Source: Oligoflexales bacterium (GTDB lineage: Bacteria; Bdellovibrionota_B; Oligoflexia; Oligoflexales; Bog-1112). Taken from it: 4,282 nt of DNA. The notes under the pieces were generated by a model. That model did not search any database. It was not told the DNA's origin and worked only from the letters and a program-made list of their open reading frames with translations. A program made the position numbers and the translations under genes. The stretch spans positions 1 through 4,282 of the forward strand of contig JBGCEP010000041.1 of the NCBI GenBank assembly GCA_045106415.1, given 5' to 3'. Below are positions 1-4,282 of the stretch, piece after piece. How positions within the stretch are numbered: the stretch's first letter is position 1; each line of letters begins with the position of its first letter.

Positions 1-644
1 TTTTTTGTTTTATCAAAATAAGTAATAATCCCGCCGTCGAGTTGGTAAACCGATTCGAATCCTTTTTGCTTCATGTAGGAAGTTGCTTTTTCACAACGGA
101 TGCCACCGGTGCAAAAGGTTACGATAGGGATATTCTTTTTACCTTCTAAATTTTGATCAACCCAGTCAGGAAATTGGTCAAAAGACTGAATGTTGGGGTT
201 AACAGCATTTTTGAATGTACCCATATCAACTTCATAGTCATTACGAGTATCGAGGATGATCATATCTTTATTATCATTTTGCCACTGTAGAAAATCTTCA
301 GGGGAGATGTATTCTCCTGTGATTTCATTTGGCTCAATATCTTTTCGAAGAGTAATGATGTGATCTTTGACTTTGACGAGCATGCGACTAAAGGCAGGGC
401 TGTCGTGTTGGTTTACTTTAAAGAGTACGTCCTGGAACAAAGGATTGCTGTGTATATGCTTTTTAAAGCGAGTGATGTTGTCAGGAGAGCCGGTAACCAT
501 TCCATTGATACCCTCTTCTGCGAGGAGAATCGTGCCAAGCATATCAAGTTCTTGCGTAACTTTTTTGAGTTCAGTCCGCAGCTCTTGGGTCTTGTTAATC
601 TCTATGAATTTGTAGAAACTAAGGATTTCGTATGTTTGGCTCAT
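1..644 (-). CDS. trhO: tRNA uridine(34) hydroxylase TrhO / YceA (UPF0176) rhodanese-related protein, 3' end beyond the window edge
   Basis: Manual translation from ATG at 644 (cat 642-644): MSQTYEILSFYKFIEI...LGTILLAEEGINGMVTG...TFCTGGIRCEKATSYMKQKGFESVYQLDGGIITYF. The FYKF, GTILLAxEGING, CTGGIRCEKA and VYQLxGGI motifs are characteristic of TrhO. A purine-rich SD-like AGAGAGGAAA lies at 651-660 on the minus strand. Confidence 0.93.
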   Translation of the reverse strand, partial: MSQTYEILSFYKFIEINKTQELRTELKKVTQELDMLGTILLAEEGINGMVTGSPDNITRFKKHIHSNPLFQDVLFKVNQHDSPAFSRMLVKVKDHIITLRKDIEPNEITGEYISPEDFLQWQNDNKDMIILDTRNDYEVDMGTFKNAVNPNIQSFDQFPDWVDQNLEGKKNIPIVTFCTGGIRCEKATSYMKQKGFESVYQLDGGIITYFDKTK

Positions 645-799
645 TGTGGTTTTCCTCTCTTCTCATATAACAACGAAAGAGTTTTAAACGATCTTATGGA
701 CTTATGTCCAGAGAAAATAAATATTTTGTCGTTGTGGTACGCCTGAGATCTTAGGGGTTTAATTGAGCTGGGCATTAACAGTTCTTTGTGAAAAATGTT

Positions 800-828
800 T
801 TGCTCACGACTTTTATCTATGTTATTAG
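800..828 (+). promoter_or_regulatory. possible sigma70-type promoter for the plus-strand gene pair
   Basis: TTGCTC (800-805), 17 nt spacer, TATTAG (823-828) preceded by TGn, in the divergent intergenic region 645-890. Imperfect match in AT-rich DNA. Confidence 0.25.
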
Positions 829-890
829 GGTGTCGCGCACCTTTGTTGTGGGATTTTTTTTAGAAATTCTTAATTGTAAATGGAATTTAA

Positions 891-1961
891 ATGCGTTTTT
901 TAACTTGTGTTTTTTTACTGATATTGTCGAATAGTGGTTTTAGTCTAGAAGATTATTCAAATGATAGAAGAGTTCATGTGAATGTTAAAGACCGTGTTTT
1001 TGAGTTTCACAAATCGAGCTTTATTGGCCTTGAAGACACAGTTCTTTATAAGAAGATCTTTAGCACAAACTTCGCTGATTCTGTGGATCTAACATATGCC
1101 GCGGGTGTTTATTTAGATACTTTCGAAGGTATTCACTTTGCTATTGAACAAGATTTATCTTATCCGGGTTCAGGTAAAAGAATTTTACCAAAGTGGTTTG
1201 CCGTTCACCGAAACCTTGTTTTTGATGTTTTACCTATTTTCTCAAGCTATGTAAGTCTGGCGGATATTTATTCATTTTACGCTTCTGATCTGAACTTCCT
1301 TGGTCTTAAAGGAAAAGTTGCTGGCCCTGGTTGGTCGAAAATCCGGACTGAGTCGTTTGAGGGGCGAGATTATATCTATTATATTTTGACTATAAATGGT
1401 GCTGATTTTGAATTTGTAGAAGTCCCAGGAGAAGTAGCGGATGAAAGTTCTTTCATGATGTCTCATTGGGTTACCCATCAGCACTGGAGGGCTGTAACAG
1501 GTCAGAGCCCCGCAACGTTTTCTGGCGCTGGTGCCAATTTCCCATTGAAGAATGTTTCTTACAATTGCATTATGAATGAATTTTTTCCTCCTTTGAATGC
1601 AGCGTTTACGGCAGCAGGTTTTGAGGGAGAGCTTTCACTTCCAAGTGATTCGAATTGGCAGATAGTTGCAGATGATTTTGCTGTGAATAAGCCTCAGTAT
1701 TCAGATGTTGGTAAAAGCGCTCTTTCAGATGCTTCTCCAGCTCTTGTTAGGTCAAAATTACGAGGCAAGCTTGGTATGTGGATGTTTGGATCTGTCTGGG
1801 AGTGGGTCGGTATACCTGATGATTTGGGTAATGCTAATCTTCGCGGCGGGAGTTGCTACTCTTCTGTTGAGAGAGTAGGCCCTAACGCGCTGCTTTCGAA
1901 TGACACAGATAGTCGACGTCGCGACTTTGGCTTTCGTTTGTTTAGAGCTAGCACTCATTAA
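891..1961 (+). CDS. exported protein: signal peptide + probable BTB/POZ (KCTD/T1-like) domain + FGE-sulfatase-like CLec domain
   Basis: 356 aa. Hydrophobic N-terminus MRFLTCVFLLILSNSGFS. aa 26-140 has RVHVNVKDRVFEFHKSSF..LEDTVLYKKIFS and ASDLNFLGL, resembling the KCTD BTB pattern. aa ~163-356 has VT..HWRAVTG.SP, FPLKNVSY, LPSDSNW, GMWMFGSVWEWV, RGGS and GFRL, typical of the FGE-sulfatase/SUMF1 fold. GGA upstream at 882-884. Confidence 0.85.
   Translation: MRFLTCVFLLILSNSGFSLEDYSNDRRVHVNVKDRVFEFHKSSFIGLEDTVLYKKIFSTNFADSVDLTYAAGVYLDTFEGIHFAIEQDLSYPGSGKRILPKWFAVHRNLVFDVLPIFSSYVSLADIYSFYASDLNFLGLKGKVAGPGWSKIRTESFEGRDYIYYILTINGADFEFVEVPGEVADESSFMMSHWVTHQHWRAVTGQSPATFSGAGANFPLKNVSYNCIMNEFFPPLNAAFTAAGFEGELSLPSDSNWQIVADDFAVNKPQYSDVGKSALSDASPALVRSKLRGKLGMWMFGSVWEWVGIPDDLGNANLRGGSCYSSVERVGPNALLSNDTDSRRRDFGFRLFRASTH
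1377..1961 (+). repeat. paralogous CLec-domain segment, copy 1 (partner 3347-3958)
   Basis: Roughly half the residues are identical by eye (DFEFVEVPG, FMMSHWVT, FEG, NKPxYSD, WMFGxVWEWVG, FGFRL). Exact 17-mer atgatgtctcattgggt at 1455-1471 and 3443-3459. Confidence 0.9.
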
Positions 1962-2041
1962 TTTCAATCACATACTCATTTTTTGTTGAAGATCGAAGTG
2001 TTTGTTCTTGAGTGTAGAAAAGTAAAGAAAAGGAATTTCTA

Positions 2042-3958
2042 ATGGTAAAGTTTGTTTCATTTTTGTTGATGTTTTGTTCAGGTTTCGCCCTAGGTATGGA
2101 ATTAGAATTGCATACTGATACGAGGTCGGTTGAGAAGTGGCTGGAAGAGAATCGAAATCTCGCACACCCTGCTGAAATTTTACGAGCTGAATTGTTACTT
2201 CAACACCAGTTGGATGCTATTCCAAAGGGTTATGAAAATTTTCCTAAATTTTCTTTTTCGTTGTCTGGTGAAAATATTTCTGATGAATTGTATCTTCTTA
2301 ATTTAGCTAAAGTGTCAAAAGATTTAGAACGTGCTCAGACCTTAATGGAAGGCCGCTCTGAGTGTTTAGAGGGCTTGGAATGTTTGCGTTCAGGTTCTCT
2401 TGAGATGAAAGCGGATGTTGCGATTGGTTCTGAATCTTCAGAATGCCCTGTGTGTACAGATGGTTTTTTGTCTGGTGAGATTATTGTGAAAGAGAGCTGT
2501 GGTCACATATATCATGCACCTTGTGTGAAGCAGGGTCTTTTGGCGTCATTGCACGGTGGGAATGATAAGAATATCTCTTGTCTTGTTAAGGACTGTCCTG
2601 GGTATTTGTCTCCACTTCAGGCTGCAAGTCTGTGTTTGCAGGAGTCTGTTTCTACACGGATACAGATGCAGAAGATGTTGTTGTCACATTTGGAGAAGGT
2701 GGTTTTTTGTCCATCGTGTGGTTTGGGTGTGAAGCGATCTGAGCATGCAGCAAGTGGTGCGTGTGGCCATTGTGCTAAAGAAGTGTGTTTTGATTGCGGT
2801 TATACATCTCACCGTGGTGAAAGTTGTGATTTACAGTTGGAAAAACAGAAAACTTATAGGGAAGTGTTATCTAAAGGTCTTAATGTAGGTCTTTGCCCCC
2901 ATTGTGACTGTTTGATGGAACGAGGGGAGGGTTGTTCTATCATGCGTTGTGGTGATAACGCTCATACGACGAATGATGTAAGCAATCGAGGTTGTGGTCG
3001 AGAGTTTCAGTGGCCGGATCGCAAGCCTGTACCAAATGATTTGAAAGATATCCCTGATCGTTCGAAAAAAACTATAACGACACATTTTAAGACTTTAAGC
3101 CCTGATGATTTGCAGAGGCATATTTTTGAAGGCAAACCACTTTTTGATATTGCTAATGTCATAGGTGTATCGAGTGTAGAAGAAGCTTTGGATGTGATTC
3201 GTTTGGGTGGCAAAATACGAGGCCGGTTTCTAGCTTCAGAGGTTTCAGAAGGTGATCGAGAGATACTTATGAAGTATGGGTGTTTTTTCATTGATGGAAA
3301 GTCTGAAAAATCTTGGGGCTACACCTATAAGGAAGATGGATTTACTTATTATGTGATGACACTTGCAGGTGTTGATTTTGAGTTTGTAGAAGTACCGGGT
3401 AAGCGTATCTTGGGGATTTTAGGGAAGAGAAAATCTTTTTTTATGATGTCTCATTGGGTAACTCAAGGTCAATGGTTTGCAGTTATGGGAGAGAATCCTG
3501 CGGGTTTTGCAGGCCGTGGCTTAGATTTTCCAATGGAGAGTATTTCTTACAATGATGTTGTGAATAATTTTCTTCCACGTCTGAATGTTTTGCTTCAAGG
3601 CGCTAGTTTTGAAGGAAAGTTTAAGCTTCCTGGTGATGCTCAGTGGCAGAGAATGGCAGATAAGAACGTTGCAGCAGAGTTTGCATCGAACAAGCCAAAG
3701 TATTCAGATTTTGGCCAGAATTGGGATTCAGGACAGCCTCTATCAGTGAAGTCTAAGGATCGAGGAAATCTTGGAGCTTGGATGTTTGGGACTGTTTGGG
3801 AATGGGTTGGAACTCTTAATGCCTCTGGTCTCGTTGCTTTACGTGGCGGCAGTTGGGCCGACTACTCGGAGAACGTGGGCCCTTCGGCGCACTTTTCGTA
3901 CAGGTCTGACCACCGCGCCCGCAACTTCGGCTTTCGGCTCTTGAGAGCTTTACCCTGA
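2042..3958 (+). CDS. exported protein: signal peptide + RBR (RING1-IBR-RING2) E3 ubiquitin ligase module + FGE-sulfatase-like CLec domain; putative DGR target
   Basis: 638 aa, SD-like AGGA at 2031-2034, hydrophobic N-terminus MVKFVSFLLMFCSGFALG. RING1: C135,C138,C153,H155,H158,C161,C180,C185. IBR: C223,C226,C241,C244,C249,C252,H257,C262. RING2: CPHC...ERGEGCSIMRC...GCGREFQW. C-terminal domain has VTQGQWFAVMGENP, FPMESISYND, LPGDAQW, MFGTVWEWV, RGGSW, FGFRL. Confidence 0.9.
   Translation: MVKFVSFLLMFCSGFALGMELELHTDTRSVEKWLEENRNLAHPAEILRAELLLQHQLDAIPKGYENFPKFSFSLSGENISDELYLLNLAKVSKDLERAQTLMEGRSECLEGLECLRSGSLEMKADVAIGSESSECPVCTDGFLSGEIIVKESCGHIYHAPCVKQGLLASLHGGNDKNISCLVKDCPGYLSPLQAASLCLQESVSTRIQMQKMLLSHLEKVVFCPSCGLGVKRSEHAASGACGHCAKEVCFDCGYTSHRGESCDLQLEKQKTYREVLSKGLNVGLCPHCDCLMERGEGCSIMRCGDNAHTTNDVSNRGCGREFQWPDRKPVPNDLKDIPDRSKKTITTHFKTLSPDDLQRHIFEGKPLFDIANVIGVSSVEEALDVIRLGGKIRGRFLASEVSEGDREILMKYGCFFIDGKSEKSWGYTYKEDGFTYYVMTLAGVDFEFVEVPGKRILGILGKRKSFFMMSHWVTQGQWFAVMGENPAGFAGRGLDFPMESISYNDVVNNFLPRLNVLLQGASFEGKFKLPGDAQWQRMADKNVAAEFASNKPKYSDFGQNWDSGQPLSVKSKDRGNLGAWMFGTVWEWVGTLNASGLVALRGGSWADYSENVGPSAHFSYRSDHRARNFGFRLLRALP
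2444..3013 (+). other. RBR E3 ligase module (RING1 2444-2596, IBR 2708-2827, RING2 2894-3013)
   Basis: Cys/His spacing and the order of the three clusters match Ariadne/Parkin-type RBRs. The predicted catalytic Cys298 is codon TGT at 2933-2935. Confidence 0.85.
3347..3958 (+). repeat. paralogous CLec-domain segment, copy 2 (partner 1377-1961)
   Basis: Same alignment as copy 1; for example gattttgagtttgtagaagt (3374-3393) versus gattttgaatttgtagaagt (1404-1423). Confidence 0.9.
3842..3940 (+). other. putative DGR variable region (VR)
   Basis: 33 codons from RGGSW to GFRL: 18 end in C, 9 in G, 6 in T, 0 in A, versus 2 C-ending codons in the preceding 33 (3743-3841). Runs GCC GAC TAC and GAC CAC CGC GCC CGC AAC TTC sit where DGR templates for CLec targets typically carry AAC runs. 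Confidence 0.72.
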
Positions 3959-3962
3959 GTAA

Positions 3963-3984
3963 GCATAAAAGCGAAGCTTTATGC
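3963..3984 (+). promoter_or_regulatory. GAA-loop DNA hairpin, candidate DGR cis-acting target-recognition stem-loop
   Basis: GCATAAAAGC-GAA-GCTTTATGC: 9 bp stem with one bulged A, core GCGAAGC, beginning 4 nt after the TGA stop. No poly-T tract follows. Confidence 0.65.
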
Positions 3985-4055
3985 GATTGTTATCCTTTTA
4001 CCGTTAAGCCTGGCCGGATGGAGGCCAATAATCGGAATCTTTATTTTTAGGTTAA

Positions 4056-4104
4056 GGAGCCGTGAAGGTTAGCGAGCGTGAGCGGGCGGCCTTCAAAGGG
4101 TTCC
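4056..4104 (+). other. long imperfect GC-rich stem-loop between convergent genes (terminator-like or REP-like)
   Basis: GGAGCC (4056-4061) pairs with GGTTCC (4099-4104) and TGAAGGTT (4063-4070) with GGCCTTCA (4088-4095), using three G-U pairs; 17 nt loop AGCGAGCGTGAGCGGGC. Confidence 0.4.
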
Positions 4105-4159
4105 GTTGTTGTGAGATTTTTTTAAAAATTTTTAAGTATAAATCCGGCATTGATCACAC

Positions 4160-4282
4160 CTAATTTTGATTTAGAGAATAAATATCAGATGCAGAATTTG
4201 AAATCATTAATATGATTTTTCTTCGTAGGTCAGTAACACCTGTCACTAAGACTTGCATCTGCCCATCAAGTTCAATGTAAAC
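4160..4282 (-). CDS. 3' end of a convergent CDS, possibly an IS1634-like transposase C-terminus
   Basis: Open frame from the window edge to TAG (cta 4160-4162): VYIELDGQMQVLVTGVTDLRRKIILMISNSASDIYSLNQN*. Resembles from memory the IS1634 tail pattern (xxLTxxRRxILxxxGxxxxxYY), but only 40 aa are visible. Confidence 0.4.
   Translation of the reverse strand, partial: VYIELDGQMQVLVTGVTDLRRKIILMISNSASDIYSLNQN

Noticed and set aside
360..746. Plus-strand ORFs 360..746 and 367..615
   Set aside because: Antisense shadows of the well-supported trhO gene, with no recognisable motifs.
1173..1187. GKRIL pentapeptide in both proteins (aa 95-99 and aa 453-457)
   Set aside because: Non-homologous positions and different codons; most likely chance.
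1842..1940. Idea that the first gene's 3' end is the TR for the second gene's VR
   Set aside because: It lacks AAC runs, is only ~58% identical, and many mismatches involve no adenine (TGC/TGG, GTT/TCG, CGT/GCC).
1962..2041. Weak inverted repeats (TTCAA/TTGAA, ACTCA/TGAGT) between the two genes
   Set aside because: Five-bp stems with long loops in AT-rich DNA are expected by chance.
1272..2165. Minus-strand ORFs 1272..1484, 1758..1967 and 1968..2165
   Set aside because: Short, antisense to the two long motif-bearing genes, no recognisable features.
2867..3291. Minus-strand ORFs 2867..3085 and 3007..3291
   Set aside because: Antisense shadows inside the RBR-CLec gene.
3347..3958. Calling the paralogs true formylglycine-generating enzymes
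   Set aside because: The catalytic CxxxxC pair after RGGS is absent in both and no sulfatase is in the window; a binding role is more likely.
3963..3984. Hairpin as a rho-independent terminator
   Set aside because: AT-rich stem and no following U tract; not fully excluded.
3985..4160. Search for a TR downstream of the VR
   Set aside because: No GGCGGCAGTTGG...GGCTTTCG-like copy or AAC-rich tract seen on either strand.

Overview
Bacterial window. Left: the 5' part of a minus-strand trhO (YceA/UPF0176 rhodanese-domain tRNA U34 hydroxylase) that runs off the edge and is missing from the ORF track. Centre: two tandem plus-strand paralogs with the same plan: signal peptide, a eukaryote-like ubiquitin-ligase module, then a C-terminal FGE-sulfatase-like (C-type lectin fold, CLec) domain. 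The module is a probable KCTD/T1-type BTB domain in 891..1961 and a RING1-IBR-RING2 (RBR) E3 ligase in 2042..3958. The last ~100 nt of the second gene look like the variable region (VR) of a diversity-generating retroelement (DGR): RGGSW...GFR context, an abrupt switch to NNC codons, and a GAA-loop hairpin just after the stop. No template repeat (TR) or reverse transcriptase (RT) is visible, so it would be a remote target. Right: a GC-rich structured spacer and the 3' end of a convergent CDS, possibly an IS1634-like transposase. Main hypothesis (inference): exported, host-directed ubiquitin-ligase components whose substrate-binding domain is diversified by a DGR. All domain calls are by eye; no searches were run.
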